Shown here piece after piece: positions 48,801-61,300 of a stretch of DNA of 64,000 nt. The position numbers were made by a program, and so were the translations under genes. The DNA is from Azolla caroliniana (taxonomy: Eukaryota; Plantae; Polypodiophyta), in assembly GCA_043228905.1 (NCBI GenBank), contig JBHGNT010000017.1, positions 7,068,001-7,132,000 of the forward strand, given 5' to 3'. Numbering within the stretch: position 1 is the stretch's first letter; each line of letters opens with the position of its first letter. Below the pieces are notes generated by a model. The model was not told the origin of the DNA. It searched no databases and saw only the letters and a list, made by a program, of their open reading frames with translations.

Positions 48801-51800
48801 ACCAGAGAAACACGATGATCGCACTACTCACAAAATATAAAGATGTGTTCGCTTGGGCTCACGAGGACATGAAGGGGTTAGATCCCAAGTTCTATCAGCA
48901 TAAGATCAATTTAGCAACAGACGCAAAACCCGTCAAGCAGCGCCGCTACTGCATGAACCCGAACTACGCGACCCGCGTGAAAGAAGCAATTGACAAGCTC
49001 CTGAAGGCGGGGTTCATACGGCCAGTTAAACAAGCGACATGGTTAAGCCTGATAGTGGTCGTTCCAAAGAAAAACGGCAAAATACGGGTATGCGTAGATT
49101 ACCGAAAATTAAACGCCGTAACCATTACGGACACATTTCCGTTACCCTTCACCAATAGCGTACTAGACGCCGTCGCGGGACATGAGATGTACAGTTTTTT
49201 AGATGGCTTCAGTGGGTATAACCAGGTACACATGCATCCCGAAGACCAAGAAAAGACGGCATTTGTCACGGACTGGGGAGTCTATGTGGCAGTCGTCATG
49301 ATGTTCGGACTAAAGACGGCGCCGGCAACATTTCAACGGACAATTATGGAGATCTTTGGGGAATACATTCCGACGTTCATGCAAGTTTTTTTAGACGATT
49401 TTGCGGTATATGGGAGAACAATAGACCATTTTACACACTTACAACTGTGCCTGGAACGTTGCCGCACTGCACGCTTAAGCCTGAATCTCGCGAAATGTGC
49501 TTTCGGCGTGACCAACGGGACTCTCCTGGGCCATATAGTTAGCAAGAACGGAATAGGGGTCGATCCGAACAAGATCTCCGCGATTAGACAAGCCAAAACT
49601 CCAACAAACGCTAAATCGCTCAGCCGGTTTTTAGGACAAATATGGTGGCATAGTCGGATGATACGATATTTGGCGGACTTCACCATGTCGTTACATGCTG
49701 CCGTACACCAGACTCCTTTCCAATGGACTGCAATGGAGGATAAGGCCTATGAGGCACTTAGATAATGCTCACATAGGCCCCCGTCGTACAACCCCTAGTT
49801 TGGGCGAAGCCATTCCACGTGTTCGTCGACGCCTCGGACATAGCAATAGGAAGTGCACTAATGCAGCTCACCGAACCAAACTGGTATCGGCCAGTGTACT
49901 ACGCTAGTCATAAATTATCAACAGCAGAGCGTAACTATTCCACAACGGAGTGGGAGGCGCTAGGGATGATCTATAGCATCAATAAATTCCAGCATTATTT
50001 ACTAGGGAGGAAATTCAAGTTCCACGTGGATCATTCGGCGTTGTTGTATTTGGTGGAGAAACAAGCCTTGATGGGGAAATTGGCGCGATGGATGCTGCTG
50101 CTCCAAGAATTGGATTTCGTAATCTAGTACCGACGAGGGGCGCAACACACAGTGGCAGATTTTTTGAGCAGACTCGAGAATGGAGAAACAATACAGAAAG
50201 CCGACGACGATTTTTCGAACACCGACATCCTACAGGTAGCAGCACTAGCAGAGAGAATGGAATCGACCTTTCCGGACCGGTGGCTTATGGAAATGACGTA
50301 CTTTTTGACTACGGGAGTGCCTCCACCACAATTACGCACGGATGAGAAGAAACGACTAGCCGTCTGAAGTCGTCACTTCTGCCTCGTAGAAGGAGTTTTA
50401 TATCACAAAGGAAGTGACGGCATTTGGTGACGTGGGGTACGTCAGGATGAGAAGGAAGCAGTTTTATGGGAGGCGCACTGCGGCATGGCAAGTGGCCATT
50501 ACGTGGGCGATGTTACAACCCAGAAAGTATGGCAGGTGGGCTTATGGTGGCCAACAACGCAAAAGGACGCATCCGAGTATTGTAGAAAGTGTGATTTGTG
50601 TCAACGGATGGGCCAGCCCGCGGAGGGCGCAAGGATGCCACACCAGCCCGTATTACTGCTTGACCCCTTCCAAAAGTGGGGATTGGATTTTGTAGGCCCC
50701 TTCACACTGGCGGTAGCCCGTACGTGCAATAAATACATATTGGTAGATACGGATTATTACACCAAGTGGGTAGAAGCAAAGGCACTACGTGACAGCCAGA
50801 TTCCTTTATGAGCACATCTGGTGCCGGTTCGACTGTCTGATTGAGCTCATCAATGACCAGGGGAGTCACTTTCTCAATACGATGGTTCGGGAACTAACAC
50901 ATCATTACGTCGTAGTCCATAAAAAGAGTACGCTATATTATCCACAGGCGGATGGGTTAGCAGAATCCACCAACAAGACGTTGCAGACCATCTTGAAGAA
51001 AATTGTCAATGAAAATAGAACGGACTGGGATACCAAATTACAGAGTGTGTTATGGGCGTACAGAACCAGCTACAAAACAAGCATACGGTCAACACCGTTT
51101 CGACTAGCGTTTGGGCTGGAGGCTGTGATGCCGATCGAATTTCAGGTACCCAGTTTGCGAATTCAGGTACGGGACCGACTATCGGAAGCCAAGTCGGAGG
51201 AGGTATGGCTCCACCAGCTACTTAAACTCGGGGAAAAACGCGTACATAGCATGGCTATGTTGGAGCACGAACAACGACGACGTAAAGCGTTTGTGGATCG
51301 ACATCGGAACGCAAGAGAAAAGGAGTTCGTCGTCGGTCGGGCGGTGCTGGTTTTCCAAACCCGCATGGGCCATATGCCAGGGAAGTTACGCTTCCGCTGG
51401 ACCGGCCCATACTGGATAATTGGAGCGGAACAAGGCACATTCCAACTAGGTACGCTGGCCGGGGAAGCAGTACGGCAAAAGGTGAATGGGTTTCGCCTTA
51501 AACCTTACCTGGGCTCTACGCCACCTAACCCATTCGCCGCCAAACAGGACAAAGCCGGAGAACCCGCAGCGTAAATGGGAGGCCCCACTTGTACCATAAT
51601 GTAAAAATAGGCTGTATATAATCGTTACGAAAAAAAAAGAAAAAAGAGAGAAGATAGCGACTATTAAAAGGACTAAATGCATGCACAGACTCCTAGTTTA
51701 AGAACACGTGGCACCATGATGGCTCACCGCCCAATGAACCCTAAGCCACAAAAAGAAGGAAATAGAAGATTAACGGGATGGGTTCGACTTGCCAGGGCAT

Positions 51801-52256
51801 TGTCCCACAGGTGTGCCAGGTGTTGTCTACCGGAATAGTAACCGACGGACAAGAGTGTAGGAATAAGAAATAATATAAGATCATAACGCATGTAACGGTT
51901 GATGCAGGAAGCGTGAACGGCTAAATAAACCCTGCGTATATAAAGGGCAGAAAACCTCTTATAGAGGCACGTGTAATTTTGGAATGTAAAGGAACGTGTC
52001 ATAATAGAATTCTATCTTCTCTGAAAGTTTGTGTATAGCTACGGCTAATCTACTGTATGTTTGGAATACCTGAGCGTGTAAGAATGTAAGTGTAACCATT
52101 GCTAAGGAGTCGGTTGTAGCCGTCTCCCTTATACGCTGATAGGTTATAGGGAACATTCCCCTACGCATTGCGCATAGACACCTATTCGTTGTTCCACAAC
52201 CACTTGGAGGTCTAGGTCGAAGGACTGATAGCAGACCATGTTCCTAAGCGGTAACA
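45841..52256 (+). mobile_element. Full-length degenerate Ty3/Gypsy (non-chromovirus-like) element
   Basis: LTRs 45841-46277 and 51821-52256 (about 22 substitutions plus 1 indel by eye); TSD ACGAA; gag YPRFNGK, protease VINGGSGVNVI, RT FLDGFSGYNQ/FLDDF, RNase H VDASD, integrase [19 protein letters not shown]; no PPT. Confidence 0.95.
46567..51574 (+). pseudogene. Gypsy gag-pol, disrupted by stops and frameshifts
   Basis: Collinear ORF-track fragments in PR-RT-RH-IN order. Confidence 0.9.
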
Positions 52257-52439
52257 ACGAAGCAGCAATACTAGAGATCTACTACGACCATGGAAACATC
52301 GAGATGAGGGGGTGGAGGAGGAAACAAAGAGCCTCTCTCTCTCCTTTTCGCCCCCACTTTTTACTAAATCACATCACATATGTAATCTCCCCCCCTTTCT
52401 TCCCCCATTTTTTAAAAACAATTAGCATCGGTTTGAGAC

Positions 52440-52960
52440 ACATTTTAAAAAGAGTGTTCTATTGTGTATATGTATGTTCTATACATGTGCATGTTTATGT
52501 ATGTGGATATGTATATTTGTGTGTGTTATGCTCTATACATGTGCATATGTATGTATTGTACTCCATGTGTTGTATGTATCATATGTGTGGCATGTGCATA
52601 TGTATGTATATGCTAGGCGTATTTATGTTCTACACATGTGCATATGATGTATTGTAATTTGTATGTATTATTGGTATGGCGTGTGCAAATGTATGTGTGG
52701 GTTATGTGAGTGTACGTTCTATATACATGTGTATATATGTGTGTGTCTATTCTATATATAGATGCATATGTATTGTATTGCATGTATATATAATAATGTG
52801 ATATGTGTACATTTGTAAGTGTGTATGTATGTACATATTGTATTGTATTGTATTAATTGTATGATGTATCTATTGTATATACATATGCATTGTATGTATG
52901 GGATGTTTGTATGACCCTATATGACCTATATATATGGTGATATGTGGAATATGTATGTAC

Positions 52961-53016
<56 letters not shown>

Positions 53017-54280
53017 TGTATATATGTGTGTAATGTATCATTGTAGGCATATGTACGTATATATGTGTAGCAATGTATGAATGAATATATGTATTTCGAT
53101 GTATGAATGTACATGTGTATATATGTAATATGTAATCTATTTATGTATGTATATTTTTGGGGTATTTTAGTGTTTAGTATGTGTACGGCTCATATCTAGA
53201 TGTATGTTTGCAATATGCACATAATATGTATGCATATATCCAATGTATGTGTATATATGTAAGTAATGTAGTTTGTATGACCCTGTATGACCTATAGGCT
53301 ATATATATGGTGATATGTGGAATATGTATGTACATGTAACATATATAATGTATGTATGTATGTAATGTATGTACATGTAACATATGTAATGTATGTATGT
53401 ATGTTTATGCATATATGCATATGACAATGTACATGATTCAATGTGTATGGATGTGTGCTTGTAATATGTGCATAATATGTATGTATATATCTAATGTATG
53501 TATGTGTATGCATATATGGACTATTGTAGTCTGTATGACTATGTGTGTGTATATGTGGTGATATATATGTACATATGTATGGAATGTATGTATGTGTATG
53601 CATGCATGTAATATATGTATGTGTATGCATACATGTAATGCATGTATGTGCATGCTTGCATGTAATGTATGTATGTGCATGCTCGCATGTAATGTATGTA
53701 TGTGCATGCTCGCATGTAATGTATGTATGTATGTGTATATATGTAATGTATTTATGTATGTATATTTTCGGTGTATTTTAATGTTCAATATGTGTATAGC
53801 TCGTATATGGATGTATGTTTGTAATATGCATATAATATACATGTATATATCCGATGTATGTGTAAGTATACATATATGCAACCTGTGTGTATGAATGTAT
53901 ATATGTATGTAAGTTATATATGGTGATATGTGGAATATGTATGTACATATGTATCTATGTATGTGTATGTAAATTTGTATATCATATAATATGTATGTAT
54001 GTATTATATGATATATAGTATGTAATTTATTTATGCATATGTGTGTGTAATATATGCAACTTGTTTGTATGTATGTGTATGTAAATTTGTATATCATATA
54101 ATATTTATGGATTATATGATATGTAGTATGTAATTTATTTATGCGTATGTGTGTGTAATATATGCAACTTGTTTGTATGTATGTGTATGTAAATTTGTAT
54201 ATCATATAATATGTATGGATTATATGATATGTAGTACGTAATTTATTTATGTGTATGTGTGTAAATTATAATATATGTAA
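52440..54280. repeat. TA/TG-rich micro/minisatellite array (TATG runs; about 110-120 bp units near 53960-54280), continuing 56483-56605
   Basis: Direct inspection; the array resumes after the MULE. Confidence 0.88.
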
Positions 54281-54836
54281 GGGAAAAGTACCAAGATACC
54301 CCTAGAAGTTCGCCTATTTACCAGAATACCCCTGGGAGTTCCAAATTTACCAAACTACCCCTATGTCCAAAAAAATACACTTTATAAAGTAATTATACAC
54401 TCAAAGCTACAAGCCCTATTTACCAGAATACCCTTCAAACACAAATTTCTTTACTTAAGTGATTCAGAACATCTAATTCCATTCAATTAATCACTAATCA
54501 TTAATCATTAATCATTAATCATCATAAATCTTAATCTCTTCGAATTACAGAGAGAATTTGGAATTGGTATTGAAAAGGAAACTGAGTGGGGTCTCTGTTT
54601 AATTAATTCCATTACCACAATTTTTGCTCTTTTTTCTTAATCCCATCCATGTCTTCTTCTTCTTCTTTGTATTTCTTTCCCTCTTTAAAACCTGTCCTGT
54701 AATTACTTGAGTTCCTCCATAATTATTCTGTAGTCTCTTCTTCTCTGTCTGATTGTCTAACTATCTTTCTGTCTGTTTCTTAATTCCTCGTTTCCTTTTT
54801 CTTTGTCAAACCTAAATCTCTGCAGATCGATCTATC

Positions 54837-54868
<32 letters not shown>

Positions 54869-56482
54869 TAATGTCTCTCAGTCGTTGTCTCCATCGCCAT
54901 CGCCATATCTAAGTTCTCTCTCTATTCTCTCGCTTTGATCTCTTTAATTTGTCTTCCCATTTTCTGTTCCTTTTTGTTTTAAATCCTCTGGTCTTCTCTG
55001 TCTAAATTCCCTCACCCTAAACCCTATTTAGCTAGCTAGCTTCCTATTTCTTTCCATTTCTCTTTTCTCTCTTTCTCTCTCCATCTCTGGTCTCTCTGTG
55101 TCTGTTTCTGCTTTTCAATCCTCTAATCCTTTTGTATTATCAATCTCTTTACTAAATCCAGCCTTTGTGCTTTTGCTACTTATCCTTATGTATGTCTGAT
55201 GCTAGTAGTAGTTGTTGTTGCTACTTATCCTTATGTATGTCTGATTGCATTAACATAGAGTTGCACTTGAGTGCTAGAACCACCATACTCTCCTTCTCCT
55301 CTTTCTGGTTTAGGCTCTGATACTACCACATATATATCACCCGAAGAAGCAAAGAAGAACAACCGGAGCCTACTACTATCACCCGCCTTTTCACACTCTT
55401 CTATCATATTCTGCATATCATCATCCTATATCACAGAAATCAATGCATCAAGATCTTCATTAGGAAGATGATATTTAAGCCTGAATGACCCTGTCAAATT
55501 AGAACCCTTACTAAAGTCGCCGATCAGTTTACTCATAACATCACGAAACGAGGCTTTTCTAGCGACATTTAAGATGTGAGTATCTCCTCCTACATATTTG
55601 AGCTTCCCATCCATTGGCCGGGGCATGATCTTTCTATCAAAACTACACATTAACTTGATTTGATCATTGGTCGAAGCCTTAACCCTAGCAGAATCAGGAT
55701 CCACACCACCGATGGAGTTTGTCCGAGTGGAAGACAAGTCCGAATTGGAATGGTAATCAAAAGTCGATACTTTGGATAGATCACCATGTTGCTTCCCCTT
55801 TACTACGGCATGATTGTTCTGATTCGTAGGGTCTAAGGGATACCCCATTGGATGGGCCGTATCTTCGTGCTCATGGTGATGATCAAAGGAATTAGAGCTA
55901 GGGTTAAAGCTTACCTCAAAAAGATGGTGTGGTGGCCACGATGCTTTTTTGCTATCCTTACCACAATTTTCTTCTACTCCGATGCAATAATATCCTGCAT
56001 CGCCATGGATAGGAAGGTTCGAGAAGGTGTCGTTGGAGCTGTCTAGGTCAGCAGAGAGGTGTTGTCGTGTAAAGAGATGGTAAATTGGGGGAGGAAATTC
56101 CTGATGATGGTGGTGGTGGTGGTGGTGGTGGTGGTGGTGATGAGGCAGATGTCAAAGAGGAAGATGAGTATGGTGAAGATGATGATCAGGACCATGGATA
56201 TGGTGAATAGATGAGGATGTGGAGAGTTCGAGGAGGATATGATTTATGAGGTATTTTGAGAAATAAAAGTGGTATAAATTGGTCAAAATAGGTATGTAGT
56301 GGCATTATGGTAAATAAGTTTAGGTTTAAGGGTATTTTGGTAAATAGGGCTTGTAAGTTTGAGTGTATATTTACTTTATAGAGTGTAGTTTTTTGGACAT
56401 AGGGATAGTTTGGTAAATTTGGAACTTCCAGGGTCATTATGGTAAATAGACAAACATCCAGGGGTATCCTGGTACTTTTCCC
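54281..56482. mobile_element. Pack-MULE (non-autonomous Mutator-like element with captured gene fragment)
   Basis: About 160-170 bp TIRs starting GGGAAAAGTACCA(A/G)GATACCCCT; perfect 9-bp TSD TATATGTAA (54272-54280, 56483-56491); no transposase. Confidence 0.95.
55231..56200 (-). pseudogene. Captured fragment of a PB1 (octicosapeptide/Phox/Bem1p) domain gene with His-rich N-terminal region
   Basis: IKLMCSFDRKIMPRPMDGKLKYVGGDTHIL...LKYHLPNEDLDALISVI*DDDMQNMIEE...RLRLFFF; premature stop at 55426-55428. Confidence 0.9.
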
Positions 56483-56606
56483 TATATGTAACTTGTTTTT
56501 GTGATATGTAGTATGTAATTTATTTATGCGTGCGTGCGTGCGTGTGTGTGTGTGTAATATATGTAACATGTTTGTATGTATGTAGATTTGTAATACATAT
56601 AATATG

Positions 56607-58331
56607 TTTTCTTTTTTCTTTTTTTTTCCAAAATGAAGCTACTTTCCCATTAGTTAGGTAGGATTATTACAAAGAGATTGTACAAGGAGGCTTAAACATA
56701 GATCGGGGAATCTCCCTCCGATCAAGTTCAAGAAATTGAGACTAGTTACATCGCCTTTCGGACAGACTACTTAGTGTAAGTACCTACAACTAAAACAACG
56801 CCCTGCAGTGATGGCTAGTACGAGACAACTCTTCGGGTCGAAAACAAAGGGAGGGTGGTAAGTGAGCTGGAAATAGCCAGCAGGGAGGCTGGTAGTTCCA
56901 CCTCGGGCCACTTCCTCCTTGTGTCATCATAGGCGTGTTCCGCCATTTCTGCCAAAAGCGCAAATGGGCAGTACCCACGTCAAAGGAATGGTTGCAAACC
57001 TCATCCAATTGCCCTCCTAGGCAGCTAATAAGCGCAAACCATATGTCCATGATCACTTCCTCCGGAGGCCGCACCAGATCCTGGAAGACCTTTAGGCAAC
57101 ACGCTTTCCCTACATACCATAGGGTGAAGCCTGCTATCAGCATCCAAATGTCCGGGAACCTAGGGGATGCAGACTACAAGCCTCTCTCAAATCGAATCTT
57201 GGCAATTTTTCCCCTCCTACATACATAGCACCAACTATCCACATTGAAGGCGTTCGTCCACCTATCAACAGAGTGATCAAGCCATGCCGCAGCACTCCGT
57301 GATGCTGCTCCTTCCACTTCACATGCTGCTCCTTCCACTTCACATGCTGCAAGGAGGCGAGTCACTCTATCCCATGCCTTTTGAGCGTGAGGGCAATCCC
57401 ACAGACAATGCCTCAGAGTCTCAATAGGTGAATGGCAAAGTGGGCAACCTAACAGGCCGCCACGTTTACCTAGCCATTCGCCAACGAGAACCACATTATG
57501 TCTGATTTGCCACTAAAAAAACTTTATCTGTTCCGGCAAATGGAGATGCCAGAGACCCTTCCAAAAGGTAATGAGCACCTCCTCATCAGGGATGCCGTAC
57601 GCCAGCCATTGCAAAAGGGGCCGTCTAGCTGCAGTTGAAAAGCCCGATCCACTTTAGTGTTGTACTCGAAGAAATGGCGAAATTTGCCATCATGGTTCCA
57701 CCTGAAATCCCTTGGGTTCCATTCTAGTTCGACAAGGGGACGACAACCATATACCCATAACTTCCAATGGGGTTCCACCTTAGCAACATCCAGGTCTGTC
57801 TTCCAGATGTTACCAACCTGCGCCACCACGCGGATAGGGTGCCAAGAGCCCCTACTCTGACTCCCCCCAAAAATCCTATCTCTTCCCGATCTGCTCACAC
57901 CCTTCAGCGCCTTAACCCTTCCAGCCTCATCAAAGAGACCGAACCAAGCATCTTCTCTCACCTCCCCCATCAAAACCCTATCAACTGCCTCAGCTAGCAA
58001 TCTCCGCATTTTCATGGCTCCCTTGAGGGGAGGGAATGGGACCTCATGGGCTCCTCCTAAAGCCATTGTGCGTCTCCAATAATCTAAAGAGTGAAGCCTT
58101 GTTTGCGCCAGCTTTCCCCATGCTAGGCCCTTAAGCTGGCCTAACATCATGTCGTCACTTGTTTGCACCTAAGGGTTCCAAAATAATGGTTGCCTAGACC
58201 ACTTGGTTAGTGTCTCCGGCGTGTGCTTGACCAAATGATGTCGTACGTGACACCATGACCGCAAGATGGAGTTCGTGATCCTCTCCTCCAGAAGATAAGC
58301 CATCTTGGGTGGGACGAGGCTCGTGCAACAC
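56607..58331 (-). mobile_element. L1-type LINE 3' portion with poly(A) tail, interrupted by the Copia at 58332
   Basis: T-run 56607-56628 on the plus strand; zf-RVT-like CPLCHSPIETLRHCLWDCPHAQKAW; Trp-rich ORF2 C-terminal fragments. Confidence 0.85.
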
Positions 58332-61300
58332 TCTTGAGAGACAAGCTCAACATCGGCCGGATCGGCTGAAGAAGCCGAGGACCGGATCAGTTGGGACCGA
58401 TCGGTTAGGCCGAATGCGTAAACCGGTACGCAGACCGGTGCGTAGGTAGGGCCGGATCGGTGCGTAAACCGGGAGGCCGTTACGAAAGATATTCCGTGAG
58501 GAATATATTTGGGAGTTAGTGTAAGAGCTCTGAATGAGCATTGAAGTACTGTCAGTCCTTCTAGGACTTGTATAAAAGTGTTCATTGAACACACATATGT
58601 ATAGAGTGGTGAATAGAGTGTTGAATATACTTCTTGTCATTTTGCTTCTCTCATTCTCTCTGTCTCTCCCGCGTATACTGTGTAAGCTCAAGCTCTCCAT
58701 TAAACTTGAGTTTTCATCCTTCTGTTCGGTCTTCATACTTGCTTCCGCACGCTACTTTCTACATGGTATCAGAGCGCGAGGGTTGAGAACCTCTCTACAG
58801 CCAACATAGCTTGACGAAGAAGAACAAGAAGAACGATGGATAGAGGCATGGCGAGCTCGCTTCCAACAGAGAAGCTCGACAGAACCAACTATGCGTCTTG
58901 GTCCTACAAGATGCACCAGTACCTACTCGGGCACGGCTACTGGAGTTATGTTGAAGGAGCTAATGACGTGGCACCCAAATCGACACACAGAGACTTCCCG
59001 TCGTGGGAGCAATCGGCGAGCAGGGTATTATACTGCTTTGCGTCGTGTGTGGGCGAACAGCTATTGAGCTATGTTCGGGATGCAAAGACGCCAAAGGGTG
59101 CGTGGGAAAATCTGAAGAAGATTTTCACTGCGAGCACCACTGCCAGGAAGCTTCAGCTCCGACAGGAGTTGAGCAACCTACGACAACGCGACTTGTCGGT
59201 GGCGGACTATACCTCGAAGATCAAGGATATCTGCGACTCCCTCGCCTCTATAGAGGTGAACATCGAGGAGAGCGAGATGGTCCAGATCTGTCTCGAAGGT
59301 TTGGCGTCGAAGTTCGGAGCGTTCCGAACGGCTGTGTGTACCCGGGAAAATACGTCGTCCTTTTTTGACTTACAGTCAATGCTCCCGGTAGAGGAGAACC
59401 ACGCGGGTGCGTCTACAAGCACGCACACTGACAGTAGAATGTTGTACACGGAGGGAGATAGGCCCCATGGACGTGGAGTACGAGGCGAGTTGGCGCGCAA
59501 TGGAGGCAACCGACGAGATCAAGGAAGAAGGCACCGAAGTGATGCCGACAGCAACTCTGGACCCTCTGGAAACAGGGGGAGTCGAAGCGATGAGAACCGG
59601 CAAGGGAAGGCCATCGCGGAGTGTTGGTACTGTGGCAAGAAAGGCCACAGGGAAAGTGAGTGCTGGAAGAAGCGTGCCGATTCGGAGAGAACCGGTTCCG
59701 GAAACGGCTCCGGACATACCGACAAGGGTAATCGGCAGCGATCACACTACGCCGAAGACTCCGGGAGAGCCAGAGAAGGGTCTGCCTTCGTGACGAGACA
59801 CGAAGCAAACTCAATGAAACAAACCACCCCGAGATCGGACGAGGTGTGGTACGTAGACTCCGGCGCGTCAAACCACATGACGAGCCATAAGGAGTGGTTC
59901 TCGTACCTTGAAAAACCGATACAACCTGGAGTAGTCACAACTGGAGACGACACTCCACATCCGATCGCGAATGTCGGAGAAGTTCCCCTTAGCCATGTCG
60001 GGCAGAAAGGGAACTCATGAACGTGTTGCACGTTCCGACAATCACGAAGAATTTGGTCTCGGTCAGACAGATCGTCGACCACCTCGGGTGCTTCATTGAG
60101 GAAGAAGGCCGTGTAATTGCGCAAGGGCGCAGAGACGGGAGGATGTTCATCCTTGACTCCACTGACGGCGGCACCGCAATGTTCGCGAAGGGACGAAAAT
60201 CCGAGTCGGACATCGACTTGTGGCACAAGCGGATAGGCCACGTCAACTACCAACGGCTTCAAGATCTGCAATCGAAATAGGTAGTGTTCGGATTGCCCAA
60301 ATTTAGTGGCCGAAAGGCACAAATTTGTGAAGCCTGCCAGCTCGGGAAGCAACACCGACTTCCTTTCCCCAACGAGCGAAACCGGAGCCGGAACAAGCTC
60401 GACCTTATACACTCCGATGTGTGGGGGCCGGCACAAAACGTTAGTCTTGGCGGGAGCGGATATTTCGTCTCCTTCATCGACGACCACACGCGGCACACGT
60501 GGATCTACCTCATTGAAAGGAAGAGCGAAGTCTTCGACTGTTTCAAGGACCTCAAAGGGTTCGTGGAAACGGGAACGGGACAAAAGATCAAGTGCCTGCC
60601 GTCGGATGGCGGGAAAGAGTACTTTTCCGGTCAATTCAACGGTTATCTACAACAAATGGGAATTCGGCGCGAATTCAGTTGTAGATACACGCCAGAGCAG
60701 AACGGTGTGGCCGAGAGGAAGAATCGGTCAGTTGTGGAAGCGGCACAGCCAATGCTGGAGGAGAAGAGCTTGCCCAAGTTCTACTGGGCCGAGGCGGTAA
60801 GGACCGCGGTATACATCTAGAACCGGATCGGAGACAAAGTGTCGGCGCACGAGCTATATTTCGGAACGAAGCCAAACTTGCGACACTTGAGGGTGTTCGG
60901 TAGCATTACGTATGTGCATGTACCGAGGAGAAAAGCAGGAAGTTGGACGCAAAGGCCGAGAAGTGCATCTTGGTCGGTTACTCAGACGAGCAGAAGGGTT
61001 ATAAGTGCTATAACCCTCGCACCAAACAAGCGCGTGTTAGCCGCGACATTGTGTTTGATGAGTCCACGTCCTGGTACCAGCCCACAACTCCGAACCCCGA
61101 CTCCAATCCGAGCTCTGACGATGAGGTCAACGAGACCGAGATGCCTCCGGATGAGCCCGAAATCGAGACCCGCGAAGAGAGTCTAATTTCACTCCGTTTA
61201 AGTGGACCGATTGGACGACTGAGTCGGTACGACCAGTCCAATGAAGAGTCGGTGAGTAGTGGAGACTCGGCCGTGCATTCCCCGTGCAGGAAGCCGAGGA

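Larger units (their letters stand above)
45359..52291 (-). pseudogene. Glycine-rich RNA-binding protein (GRP7/8-like RRM) processed pseudogene split by a Gypsy insertion; segments 52257-52291 and 45359-45840
   Basis: M..DL*YCC|FVEGLAWTTDDRSIADAF..VVDSKVIND.ET**SQGFDFVTFSDEQAMTDVIESMNGKEPDGSNITVNQAQARSGGG...GSDSRNWRK*; stops, frameshift, no intron at DSK|VIN. Confidence 0.92.

Noticed and set aside
51778-51818. tRNA gene
   Set aside because: Only the 3' part is present, with encoded CCA and an insertion in the T-loop; no D or anticodon arm.
52440-54280. Long His/Tyr/Ile/Cys-rich ORFs (e.g. 53438-54205)
   Set aside because: Translation artefacts of TA/TG microsatellites.
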